Assembly (NCBI RefSeq): GCF_018350175.1
Contig: NC_058368.1
Location: 220,908,001 to 220,972,000 of the forward strand
Direction of reading: 5' to 3'
DNA from: Felis catus
Taxonomy: Eukaryota
Length of the DNA: 64,000 bases
Shown here: positions 24,920 to 37,099 of the stretch, in pieces
Position numbering within the stretch: the stretch's first letter is position 1
Layout of the letters: each line of letters opens with the position of its first letter
Program-made: the position numbers and the translations under genes
The notes under the pieces: model-generated
What the model was told of the DNA's origin: nothing
Databases searched by the model: none
Seen by the model: the letters and a program-made list of their open reading frames with translations, nothing else

Positions 24920-26291
24920 AGTATAGCAAGAATTTTAGTTTAGAATTGCCGGGAACTGCTCTATTATATGGTCCCCCTTCCATAGGGTATGCCTTATGTT
25001 CTCGTGACGTAAGGTAACTCACCTATGCCAAGTTGCACTGGCCAGAAATCCTATGTATAATCATACCTGAGTGTAAGGAAACTAGAAAATGCAGACTGTA
25101 TTCCAGTGTGGCTGTCGAGCAATGAAAAGCAAAAAGGATCAAGTTTCTACAATGATCACAGAACTACCAGTCTCAGACTCTGCCATAAGCTCAATCATCT
25201 GACCTTTCAGTTGTCCCCTGAAAAAATTGTAGCTTAAACTTTATCAGTATTTTGCTCCAATGGTGATCAGTCAACACTGCATGGATTTCCACTTTTTGAT
25301 GGTGATTCATTTTTCATGTACCTCTTTTCTATTCAGTGAAGGTGGTCTGTACATTAAGTCTTTGAACTTCTTGAGAATGCATTATGACCTAATTTAAGAT
25401 TAGTTTTCATAAACCTTTATATAAGAGAAAAAAATGTATTCTTTAATTATGTGATACAGAAATGCACATTAGGTCAAGATTGTTAATGGGCATGCAGTAA
25501 AATCTCTGTCATTTTTCTTGTTTGATTACACAATGAACAATAGAGAATAAAGTCTTCTGTTAAGTCAAGGATGACTCAATATCTCCCTATAACTTCATTA
25601 ATTTTTGTGGTACATCTTTTGGGCTGTTTGTTAGGCACATACACCCTTAAAATTTCTGTATATTTCTGTCCAGTTTTACATACTTCCTTGAGCCAAATAT
25701 AGCTCTTTAAATTAAAGAACTATTTGTCTTCTGGGTATTTGCCTGAATTATCATTTCCCATTGTTTTTCTTTCCTAAATTTCATGAGGATGGGGCTGCAT
25801 TTAGGAATCTGCTGTGTTTTCTCCTGTTTCCTTTCTCCCTGTCACCACTAGGGCCTGGCCGAGGATTACCAGCTTAAAATTTCTACCCCTCACCTTTTCA
25901 TATTTGAGTACCCCCCCCCTTCGTGTTTCGGACTCAGTTCAAGCTGCCTCTTGCTGGTGCCAAAGATTTCCTCCTTCTCCTCTTTTGGCCAAGAGTCCAA
26001 GCCTCTTTTCTGAGCACAGGTGAGTGGCCAGAGTAGCAGTGAGACAGGTTGTCCATCAGTTTCCAGTTTTGCCTGTTCCATTTTGTGTTGTGAGGATTTC
26101 CTGAGATTTCTTGTGAATTGGTTTTACAAACAGATTTATCCCGAGTTTCTAAGTCTCTTTAAATTTTCACTTCCAAGGTGTCTGGTCCTTTTTCATGTCA
26201 TAAACAGGGAATCTCTTTGGATTTTTCAGTGCTTTTACTTCTCTTTGATAATAGCAAACTATATGCTACATTTAGAACAATGACTCCTACA

Positions 26292-26490
26292 GGGGTGCCT
26301 GGGTGGCTCAGTTGGTTAAGCTTCCAACTCTTGGTTTTGGCTCAGGTCATGATCTCATGGTTCGTGTGTTCAAACACCACATCAGGCTCTCTGCTGGGCA
26401 GTGTGGAGCCTTCTTGGGATTTTCTCTCTCTCTCCTCTCTCTGCTCTACCCCCACCCAAATAAATACATAAAATAAACTTTAAAGAAAAA
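26292..26490 (+). mobile_element. CAN-SINE
   Basis: ggggtgcctgggtggctcagttggttaag; diverged TSD agaacaatgactcctaca / agaataattactgctaca. Confidence 0.92.
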
Positions 26491-26659
26491 GAATAATTAC
26501 TGCTACATGTATGATACATAATTTTGTTTTATGTCAGTCTAAATATGTCTGGTCTGTGTCCTTACTAAATTCAGAAATAAACCTAGCATAGGTTTTGACA
26601 TAGAATGGCATCGCATTTAATCTACATAACTCCAGCTGTATACCCGTGGCCTCTACCAC

Positions 26660-27430
26660 ATATTGGGCCATCTTTTCTCTGTGCTTCAGCCACACTGGCC
26701 TGAAGATTGTCACACTTCCTTCCACCATAGTGACTTTGCACATCCCTTACAGCAAAATTGTCACACTTCCTTCCACCACAGTGACTTTGCACATCCCTTA
26801 CAGCAAAATTGTCACACTTCCTTCCACCACAGTGACTTTGACATCCCATACAGCAAAATTGTCATACTTCCTTCCACCATACTGACTTTGCACATCCCTT
26901 ACAGCAAAATTGTCACACTTCCTTCCACCACAGTGACTTTGCACATCCCTTACAGCAAAATTGTCACACTTCCTTCCACCACAGTGACTTTGACATCCCA
27001 TACAGCAAAATTGTCACACTTCCTTCCACCATACTGACTTTGCACATCCCTTACAGCAAAATTGTCACACTTCCTTCCACCACAGTGACTTTGCACATCC
27101 CACACAGCTGTACCCTTTGCCTGGAAATGATTTCCCTTCCACGGCACACATTTCTCCAACCTCATTGTGGCTGATACTTTCTCAATAGAAACTTCTCTGA
27201 CCTCCCTTCCATTATCAAATCACAACTATAATATCTCAGCACAATTGGAGAGTTCTCAGAACAGCTGCTAATTCATGTTCATATGTGTGTATGTCTGTGT
27301 GCATTTGTTTATTTTGAATGAGTGTTGTGAAGGCATGGGCCCTGTGTGTAAGAGCGACGTGTATCTCCCTGACTCACTACAGTGCTAGTATGCAGTGAAT
27401 TGTAAATAAGGATTAGTTTTGTAAGTGAAA
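26660..27430 (+). mobile_element. L2 3' fragment hosting the minisatellite
   Basis: cttcagccacactggcc...gactttgcacat...gctgtaccctttgcctggaaatg matches the L2 3' motif. Confidence 0.65.
26703..27108. repeat. Minisatellite, 8 units of 50-51 bp
   Basis: Unit aaaattgtcacacttccttccaccacagtgactttgcacatcccttacagc; unit starts 26703, 26754, 26805, 26855, 26906, 26957, 27007, 27058. Confidence 0.98.
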
Positions 27431-27940
27431 TTCTGTGTGAATCTACTTGAATGGCAAAGTGAGAGAATAGGCCTTGATAATATTTTCATTTTGAATGAAC
27501 AGCATATTCGAAGATTGCTCTCTCAATGTGTTTGTTTCCAAGAGACTAGCTGTTAACACATATAACATCGCTACCTGAGTACAATTTTACACCAACCTCC
27601 CAGTCATTGAATTGAGAGTGGATTGGCCTTATTGTATCACTGTTATAGAACCAACTAATAATTCAGGAAAGACTGGATTATTTTCCCAATGACTACAGTT
27701 TCCCTGAACTAGCATAAGTTGTTTTGAGACTGTTTGTTTTAGTGTGCCATGCTTTTATGATCAAAAGCTAATCCCCCAAATAAACTTTTAACTAATTTTA
27801 GCCTGGAAGAAACCAAGATCTACCATGAAATATGTGACAGCAAAGGATATAAAACTAGAAAAAATGTTCGAGTTTTTCATTTGAAAATGGATGGGTGCAT
27901 TAAATTTCAGATTTGAGCCTAGAGTAAATAAATACTGCAC

Positions 27941-28129
27941 CTGTCCTCATGGAGAAACCAACTCTTTTTGATGACATTTTTAAAAAAAATATGAGTTTCC
28001 TCAGAAAACTAGTATTTTTGGAGGAGTCGCTTAATGCAATGGCGTTTTTTGTTGATGGTGTTTGATCGTTTCTATTATCAAGAATCACACTGATGGTACA
28101 AAGACTTAAATACACCATTTCTTCAATGT
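27941..28129 (-). other. Candidate exon C, 189 nt, phase 1/1, IEEMVYLSLCTISVILDNRNDQTPSTKNAIALSDSSKNTSFLRKLIFFLKMSSKRVGFSMRT
   Basis: Minus strand: ccatctatattctag|AC...CAG|gtgcag; fully open, inside ORF 27900-28187. Confidence 0.25.
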
Positions 28130-28849
28130 CTAGAATATAGATGGGAGATGGTATACAAAAATGACTGGAAATGACTTTGGAGGACATAGTAAATGTGGAA
28201 ATAAAGGTATAGTCATAGTCACAAGTTAACTATCATTTCAGTAGAGATGTTTTCTTTCCTATTAGTATTGCACAGTGAAATTTCAGAAGAAGAATTTAAG
28301 AGTTTAATTTGCACAAATAATCGCATTAGCACAAAGAATATTAGCCATAAGTCTGTATGTTCAACATGAAAATGGCCCTGCAGAGTTTTAATTGAAGGGA
28401 TTTATGCATTTTTGGTAGACTTAATGTTGTGTCTTCTTCAGCGATTCCATGTAATATGGGTGGGGTGTGATTAGGATGTAATAAGGCCAGTTCATACTGG
28501 TGTGCCTCGAGTGAGGTTCCAGAAGTATGACAGGTGTGGATGGGATATTATGGAAGAAAAATGTTGCAGTGGCAGGAAAGACAGACTGCATGTGGACACT
28601 TAGATCTAGGAGATACTTCTGAAATGAGCCTGTCATGTTTTTGCTTAAATTCATTTTGTTGCAGACACTAATGGGATATTAAATGGGATTTTTTTTCCCT
28701 TTCAGAATAGTGGTGAAAAACACTATTCACCAAGGATATAATGAGACCACATATCATAAAGAAATTAAAACCTTGGTTTCTCTGGTTTGATGCCTATGAA
28801 CAGCATTTAAAATGCCAATAACTTTTGGCTCAATAATTCAAATAGTGGA

Positions 28850-29230
28850 ACTTGAATGTGATGAAAATTTATATGCAGAGATGCTCATTGTAGCAATGTT
28901 ATTAGTAGCAATATATTCAAAACAAGTGTTTATCCACGGATGAAGGACTAACCAAACTATGATGCATTAAAATAGTTGAACCTTATATACTTTCTAATTG
29001 AGATATATAACATTCTTACAATGCATGAGAGAACTTACATTAAGTGAAAAGCTGAAATATTACATGGAACTGTGAATACAAAACTGAAGAAAATAAATCA
29101 TAGAAAAAATGAATAAGGTGTAAAAATAATATATTGTTTACAGAAGTACCATTTATTATATATGATTTGCTTCCATTCCTTGAACTTTTTAGTTTGTGTA
29201 TATTTTCTGTAATGACTCTATCGCCCTTAT
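28850..29230 (+). mobile_element. Old L1ME-like 3' fragment
   Basis: gatgctcattgtagcaatgttattagtagca...aaactatgatgcatt. Confidence 0.5.
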
Positions 29231-30044
29231 AATATGGAATATAAATTATACATTATTAAAATCAGAGTAGATATTTTAAATACTAAAGCTGGAAATATAA
29301 ATATGCATGTTCTTTTTATTGAAGGTAGTCAAGGGAATAATTATAAGTTAAATCCATTTTATTATTAATAGAAACATTTAAAAATGCTCTATGTATTCAT
29401 ACTTTAAAAGACATAAAGTATGTAGAAATTAAATGGGATGGACATCTGTATCTGCCAGCAAAAACCTACTAATTTAGTTAATGCTTTAGAACTAAGCAGC
29501 AAGAGCTAACTGTACTTTATCTCAAAAGAAGTTTCTTTTAGCCAAAGTGCGTTTAAAGCTTTGAGATACCAGTTCTACAGCAGACATTTCCCAGCTATCT
29601 GAAGCCTCTCCAAAATTAAATGACATAAATAACACGTGTCATATCAGGTTTATGACAATTATTCAAGGAAAAATGCAAGTAAACCATAATGTGTGGAAAT
29701 ACCTTTCCATTTACCTTATTACAGCATTTTGATAAAGTATACCATTAGGATAGGAAAAAGATGATACAGAAGAAGTTTTCATAATTTTTTAGTCTTATTA
29801 GCAAACACATAAAAGTAATGATTGAATACCAAACAATGTGGTGATGTTTACTTTTTCCGTTTTATTATATGTCTTTATCCCTCTGTGCATATTAAAAAGG
29901 AAAAAAGTAATTATCATCTCTCTTGGTGGCATACATCGCTGTATTTTTTCAGCTGTGCCATTTATTGAATTTAAGGAGTGCTCTCTATTTTTCCCTTCCC
30001 CAAATACTTTAATATTGAAAGTGTTTTAATAATTCCCATTTTGA

Positions 30045-30262
30045 GGGACAGCTGGGTGGCTCTGTCTGTTGAGTGTCCTACTTCGGCTCAGGTCATGATC
30101 TCGTGGTTTGTGAGTTTGAGCCCCACATCAGGCTTGCTGCTGTCAGCACAGACCACTTCGGATTCCGTGTCTCCCTCTCCCTCTGTCCCCTCCCACGCTC
30201 ATGTGTGCCCTCTCTCTCTCTCTCTCTGTCTCTCTCTCAAAAATATATAAAAATTAAAAAAA
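30045..30262 (+). mobile_element. CAN-SINE
   Basis: TSD aataattcc(c/t)attttga on both sides. Confidence 0.93.
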
Positions 30263-30337
30263 AATAATTCCTATTTTGAGTTACACAAAAAGAGAAATAT
30301 ATATGTGTGTGTGTGTGTGTACCAGTGCCAGTAATTT

Positions 30338-30549
30338 AAAAAAAATTAACATTTATTGATATGAGAGAGAGAGAGAGGCAGAGCATAAGCAGGAGAGGGG
30401 CAAAGAGAGAGGGAGACACAGAATCCAAAGGAGGCTCCAGGCTCTGCACTGTCAGCACAGAGCCTGACGCAGGCTTGAACTCATGAACTGTGAGATCATG
30501 ACCCGAGCCAAAGTTGGACGCTTAACCGACTGAGCCACCCAGATGCCCC
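30338..30549 (-). mobile_element. CAN-SINE
   Basis: TSD agtaattt; ends gagccacccagatgcccc. Confidence 0.93.
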
Positions 30550-30866
30550 AGTAATTTTTTTTAATGTAACCTTTTTTTCCCCTTCAGAAAGATTGCTTTG
30601 AATTTGTGTTGTGAAATGGAAGCTAGAGAGTTTATATTGCTATCAATTTCTCATGGAATCTGACGCTGAGAGCTAAATGACATGATTTTGGATTTGTTAT
30701 AGAAAAGCAGTGTATTTTACTGACCTTGTTAATATCCTTGCTGCTCAACAATTCATTAACATTGTAGCCCTGAACAGGTATTTTTAAACTATATGCATCT
30801 CAGTTCCTTCTGTACTTTGGATAAATATAAATATAAATTACTACCTCAGAGAACTGATGTAAAGGA

Positions 30867-30869
<3 letters not shown>

Positions 30870-30915
<46 letters not shown>

Positions 30916-31100
30916 CTGTGTGTGTATACACACAGACACAGTTATGTGTGTGTGTATATATATATATATATGTAATTATATGTATATATGTGTGTATACA
31001 GACACAATTATATATATATACACTATAATATATAATATATACTATATATGGTATATATATACACTATAATATATAATGTATATATAATACATATAATATA
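30870..31100. repeat. (TG)n followed by (TA)-rich low-complexity tract
   Basis: Read directly. Confidence 0.9.
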
Positions 31101-31624
31101 TGGCAGATCCATACAGTATACAAAGAAGAGTAATAATTTATTCAATTATATTTTTTGTATAAATCAAAGAAAAAACCCATAACCTATCTTTATTTCTGAC
31201 ATTATATTGTTCATACATGGTATAAACAAAATGAAATTTTAAGAACTCAACCTGCACTATGTGAGGCAAAAGAAAACTGTGGTGAATGCATCAGAAAATT
31301 CAGCTCTCCAAAAGTTGAAAGTCACAGTATATATCACTCATATTATAATGTGGTTTCAACATCTACCTCAAAATATTTGGATTTGTAATACTCTGAAGAA
31401 ACATAAAGGGTGTTGACCACCTTATCATTAGTGATAAAATATAATAAATACCTTGTTCCAGAATACTGAATATATTGTAGTCTCTCCCCATGAGTTTCGG
31501 TAATACTGAATTTCCTATTATATTATAAACATTCTAACTTTTTTGATAATCTGCCATACGTACCAATATTAGTTGTACAAAATCCAACCTTAAAGTTAAG
31601 GTTTACACCTTTCCAGTTTCTTAC

Positions 31625-31689
31625 CTGTGAAATTCTTGCTGGACCTTTGGAACTTCAGCAGCATAACCCTAATAATGTGTGTGATTTCC
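31625..31689 (-). other. Candidate exon B, 65 nt, phase 2/1, EITHIIRVMLLKFQRSSKNFT
   Basis: Minus strand: aaatactccctag|GG...ACAG|gtaaga (strong donor); open. Confidence 0.22.
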
Positions 31690-32107
31690 CTAGGGAGTAT
31701 TTCAAAATAGATCTGCCTTAGCTGGAAACACTTTTGATTGCAAATAACAGAAAGTACCTTGAACTAGATTAAGCAAATGGATTTTATTACAAGTGGACAG
31801 GGTTATGTTGCAGTCTTCAGGGGCTGTAGCACTCTGTAGCTAGGTATTAACTCTCCTCGTTTCTTAGCGTTATCACTGTTAGCATTGTCTCTTAGTAACC
31901 TGTCTTTCTAATGGTTATACCACCTTTCCATATACATAGGGGAAGAAGACCACAGAGTTTCCAAGTTTAGAATTCCTCAGTTGCAACACTCTTGGAATCT
32001 AATTGTGAGAAATACTGTCAAAATTCCAGTGGAAAATGTTTAAATCAAAAAATTAAAACCCCCGTCAGTGAGGTGGAGAGCAAGTGGCATAAGGAAAACA
32101 ATTTTTA

Positions 32108-32316
32108 GGGGTGCCTGGACGGCTCAGATGGTTAAGCATCCAACTCTTGATTTTGATTCAGGTCGTGAACTCAACAGTTTGTGAGTTTGAACCCCACATC
32201 AGGCTCTGTACTGACAGTGTGGAGCCTGCTTGGGATTCTCGTTCCCTCTCCATGTGCCCCTCCCCCACTCGCTCGTGTGTTCTCTCTCAAAATAAATACA
32301 CTAAAAAACAAAATTA
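32108..32316 (+). mobile_element. CAN-SINE (older; its tail hosts a nested young SINE)
   Basis: ggggtgcctggacggctcagatggttaagcatccaactcttg. Confidence 0.92.
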
Positions 32317-32535
32317 GGGGCGCCTGGGTGGCGCAGTCGATTGAGCGTCCGACTTCAGCCAGGTCACGATCTCGCGGTCCGTGAGTTCGAGCCCCGCGTC
32401 GGGCTCTGGGCTGATGGCTCAGAGCCTGGAGCCTGTTTCCGATTCTGTGTCTCCCTCTCTCTGCCCCTGCCCCGTTCATGCTCTGTCTCTCTCTGTCCCA
32501 AAAATAAATAAACGTTGAAAAAAAAAATTAAAAAA
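32317..32535 (+). mobile_element. Young feline SINE (SINEC_Fc type) nested in the A tail of the preceding SINE
   Basis: TSD aaaaaacaaaatta 32303-32316 and 32536-32549. Confidence 0.96.
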
Positions 32536-32854
32536 AAAAAACAAAATTAAAAAAAAACATTTCAGAATTTACTAGATCCCTCTTTTTGGTGAGAGGACAG
32601 TTTTCAAGGAAAGGAGGTTGTGTCATGCTGAACAGCCACTCCAGTATATTTATGCTGTATTAACCTTAACTATTTGTCCATGACTATTAATAAAAACAGC
32701 ATATATACATATTGCACTGATTTTATTTTCTTTGTGAAGAACCACTACAAAGACAAGACATTTAGGATAGAAAACCAGTTCCAACTTTTCTTATAAAAAT
32801 TACCCTTATTAAAATATCATTGTCTTTTCTATGATTCTCAGTCCTATCATTTCT

Positions 32855-32855
32855 G

Positions 32856-32894
<39 letters not shown>

Positions 32895-32980
32895 ATCTCT
32901 ATATCTCTATATCTCTATATCTCTATATCTATACCTATATCATATATATCTGTATCTATATCTATATCTGTATCTGTATT
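32855..32980. repeat. (TATC)n / (TCTATATC)n compound microsatellite
   Basis: Read directly. Confidence 0.9.
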
Positions 32981-34789
32981 TTGACTCAATGAGGTACAGT
33001 GAGAATACCAAATTAACCCTGTAAAGGCGGGGAGTATAAAGATGAAGCTTAAAGGATGCTGAGGATACTTAAAATTTTTTTGCCACAGTTTTCTTAGGTC
33101 TGACTATCATTTGGGGGATAGCACTTTTTATTCAGCATTGTGTTTCACAACTACAGGGGTTTGATTTAACTTTTCACTTAGACACTCATTCTGTGAAAAA
33201 TTAATTTTACTCTTTTAGGAGAAAAAATGTACTAAGTATTGTAAAATATCATTTTAAAATAGTTTTCTATTAACAAGGAGTCAAAAAATTCTGGTGAAGG
33301 ACTGTTATCACAGCATAATGTCATACAGATACTGTAAGATGTTACAAATTCAGAGTACAAATCAAATTCATAGAAAAGGGAAATCGTGCAAGTCTATAAT
33401 GCTTAGAAAGGGAGGGGTGACCTTTCAAGCTGGGAGTTTGGATAGATAAGGATAATGTGGTATCCAAGTTGGGGAAAAGATTATCTGAAGACACACACAA
33501 AAAGCCCAGTGTGTATTCCTTTGAAGCAGATCCCTTTGACTCTAACACAGGTGCTTAGATACAAACTGAGGAAAGAAAAGCTGGAAATGTTAGTAAGGAT
33601 TAGAGTGTGTGTAGGTATGTGGTTTTAAATGGCAATGATGTGGGAAGTTATCCTGTAAGAAATGGAAAGCCACTGAAAATTTGGGAGCAAGGGAGTGAAA
33701 TCATAGGAGAGATACAGTAAAATTCATCTCTGTTCTTTGGCAACTTGGGTTGAATCAGGGAAAGGGAAATGAGAAGAAATATTGTTGCAGAAAATTGGTT
33801 TATACATTTAACAAAGTTGTTTATTATTACTGCCATAGAGATGATAAGATTTTAGGTAAAAGATGGTGAAGTTTAGAGCACTATTGGATATTATTATGTC
33901 AAGGGACCGGAAGTTCTTAACCCAACCTGGGTGAGGTTCAGATTGCCCCAAGAATTTCCACAAGGAATATACACAGCAGAAAAATTAGAAGAGGAAAGTT
34001 TGCTTTTTACTGTTGTAAAGCTTGTGTCCTGATCTTCAGGATAAAGAACTTGATACGTTGGGCTGGGAAATAGGACCAAATCAGAGGAAAAAGAAAAATG
34101 TTTTCTTACTCCATAGCCCATCCTCATATATGGAAAGGTATCACATTCCCACCAGGCCTACAAAAAAAAAGGTCTATGAGAGAGAGATTGATTGACTCTC
34201 AGAGAGGGAGAATTCTTAGGCCATTGCACCCTTTAGTTCTCTTGAATGTAAAGGAAAGAAAAATCAGCAGAAAAGTCGGTGGTGAGCAGTAGAACTTGAC
34301 CATATTAAGGCAGGAATTATGATTTGGGCCATGGAAAATTATCTGAATTCGCTTCGAATCAGTTCCTAGGAATGCATGGATGCAAGAGATGTTCCTAAAT
34401 ACCTCTCTTGTCATCGTCCGTGGGTACAGGCCTATGCTGGGTAAAAGATAGGATTAGTAACACTCAAGATAACCTTGAGAGGTTGGTGTGTGCTGTGCAC
34501 TGGTCTAATGATGGCTCATTCAGTTGTTATTGTTACCATTAGTTGCATGGGAAAATTGAGGAACTCAACAGTTAAAGAACTTTCCGTAGATCACAGAGAT
34601 AGTGGAAGAGGCAGAATTCAAGGGCAGGCCTTCTAGCCCCACAATGCTCACGTAACCGTGATGTTTTATTACATAACCAAGGAAGAACTGGGGAAAAACA
34701 CACCCCAAAACAAACTCTAAATCATCTAAGCAAAACTGAGTCAAACACGAGCTTCCACGGTCAAATGGCTATCAAAGAAATTAATTATT

Positions 34790-36150
34790 CACACATACCT
34801 ACATTCATGATGCTTATTATATGCCAGGCAGTTGTCTTTAAACTGAAGATAATACAGTGATTTAGACAAGGCGATTCTTTATTCTGAAAGTGTTTATTCC
34901 CTAAGGGAGAAGTCCAAAAGTAAATAAGTTAACAAAGTTGTTTCAGAGTGTTAAGTACTATGAATAAAATGAGAATTTTGTGATTTATCTGAAAATATTT
35001 GTGGATCACCAGTTATGTTTTCAATGCACCTGGACAGTGGTAATACAACAGTGAACAAACAACCACAAAATCTAGCCCTCGAGTAGCTTAAAGTGTTGTG
35101 TGAGGAGGTCCACAGGGAACATGTAATAAATGTTACATGAGACATCAGTAATAAAATGTCAAAAAATAAAAGAGGGAGATTTTAGGAGAGATGGGAATGC
35201 AGTGAAGGGTTGATATTTTAAATGGCATTGCCCATCAAGCCTGCACTAAAAACATAACATTTGCCTGGTAACCTGGAACGTTTGGAGCATTTTACGAATT
35301 TGTAGGAGTGATGTTATAGAGAGTACTGGAAACAGATACTGTTTTAGGTTGGGTAGTGAAGGGAGAACTTTTCAGAAGATAATGTTTGAACCGAAATTGA
35401 AGTGAAAACTCCTGGTAAGATCTGCAAGTAAAGTTTCTTCCCAGATTGATAAAGAACTAGCAAAAATAGGCAAGGCTTTGGGACATGACTGATACTAACA
35501 ATCTAGAGAAAATCTAGAGTGGTTGGATTTTACATAGGTAGGATGAATGTAGGTTTAGTTGGGGTCAGAGAGAGAGGCAAAGTCAGCTTTACGTAGGATT
35601 CTCCACGATACTGTAAAAATCGATTTTATTTTTGGACAACAAGAAGTCATTGTCAGTGTTAAGCTGGGGGTTACAATCTGATTTGGTTTTGTTTTTAAAA
35701 ACTCCGTTGCCTTAGAATAAGGATAAGATGGTGGTGCTTAAGACAAAGACTGTAGTTTTCAAGATTGTGGGTTTGGAGAGCATTAGGATAACTCAGGTTA
35801 TGCTTGGAGATAGTGGTCTTCATCACTCGTGGTTAATCACTAGTGGTCACTAGAGATGTTATCACTATTAATTATAAATCAAGGAGGTTATCACTAATAA
35901 GGCACACTGGGGGAGAACTTGGAGAAAAAGTTTAGATATATTGTATATGACCACTTTGAGATGATACAAATGGCTGTGTCAACTGGGAAGTTGTTATGGG
36001 AGTCAGGAGCCTTTAGAGGTCTGGTTGGAGAAATGTATCTAGAAGTTTTGGTCATATGGATAGAATTAAATCCATGGGATCTAATCAGGTCAACTATAGA
36101 AAGAGTGGTTACAGGAAAAGTTAATAGGTTAATGACTAAACCCTAAAAAA
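34790..36150 (-). mobile_element. L2 fragments
   Basis: cattcatgatgcttattatatgccaggca, aatacaacagtgaacaaac, gagtcaggagcctttagaggtctggttggagaaatg. Confidence 0.6.
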
Positions 36151-36303
36151 AAATGATAAAAGGGAAGAAAGAAACAGTATTCCAAGGAAAGATTCTTCAA
36201 TTTGAGCTGTTTCTCCCCCTTAAGTAGAAACAAGAAAATGCAAAAAGAGAAATGTCCTGAGAATATTTTACAAATTTCTTTTCCTTAAAAAGTGTTTTCA
36301 GCT

Positions 36304-36508
36304 GGAGCATCAGGGAGGCTCAGTCAGCTAAGATCCAAGTCTTGATTTCGGCTCAGGTCATGATCTCACAGTTCATGAGGTTGAGCCCCACGTCTGGCTC
36401 TGTGCTGACAGTGTGGAGCCTGATTCAGATTCTCTCTCTGCCCCACCCCAGCTCTCTCTCTCATGCACACACACTCTCTCTTTCAAAATAGACAACCTTA
36501 AAAAACAG
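36304..36508 (+). mobile_element. CAN-SINE
   Basis: TSD aaaagt(g/a)ttttcagct. Confidence 0.9.
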
Positions 36509-36996
36509 AAAAGTATTTTCAGCTATAATATAAATACAGCTTTAAATGGCTCACAGTTAATGGCAGGCTTTATTCAAATGTAGGCTTACTAGATTCAATA
36601 GGTCAATGACATCATCAACCGTCTACCTTATTTTTATGTCTCTGCTTGTTACTACCAATATTGGCTCTATCCTTAGGGTAGTAAAAAATATGGCTTGTCT
36701 GACAATAGCTGTAGCCATTCTATCTGTGATATCCAGATTCCGTAATACTCAGGGAGAGAAAGCCCTTCTCTTTTGGTTTCCACTTAAGAGATAAGAAATT
36801 TGCCAGAAGTTACTCAACCTATTTCACTATGCATTTCATAAGCCAGAGTTAATAACATAAACACGTTGGAACTAATCCCTGGCAGTAGGTAAGGTAATAT
36901 ACTGAAAACAAGTCCTATTTTAGGTGGGACTGCAGTCAGCCACCCTGAATACATTCTCATGTACAGGGGAGGATTCCTAAACAAAATCAGAGTTCT

Positions 36997-37099
36997 TTTT
37001 TTTTTTTTTTAAGTAGGTCCATGCCTAACGTGGGGCTTGAACTCATGACCCAGAGTTTAAGAAATGCATGCTCTACCAACTGAGCCACCCAGGCACCCT
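36997..37099 (-). mobile_element. Short CAN-SINE variant lacking the (CT)n region
   Basis: Perfect TSD caaaatcagagttct 36982-36996 and 37100-37114. Confidence 0.92.

Noticed and set aside
25017..25090. Strong minus-strand donor ATAG|gtgagt with nearby acceptors
   Set aside because: Lies in MLT1-like sequence (gcactggccagaa...aaggaaactagaaaatgcagact), and the best-acceptor frame ends in a stop.
26703..27108. CRISPR-like array or repetitive protein (e.g. VTLHIPYSKIVTLPSTT repeats)
   Set aside because: The units are contiguous with no unique spacers, the context is mammalian with no cas genes, and ORFs appear in several frames on both strands and shift at the 50-bp units.
27941..28129. Faint resemblance of TDIEEMVYL...ILDNRN to a CATSPERB segment recalled from memory
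   Set aside because: Far too little identity for a mammalian orthologue, the other candidate exons do not match, and I cannot verify it without a search.
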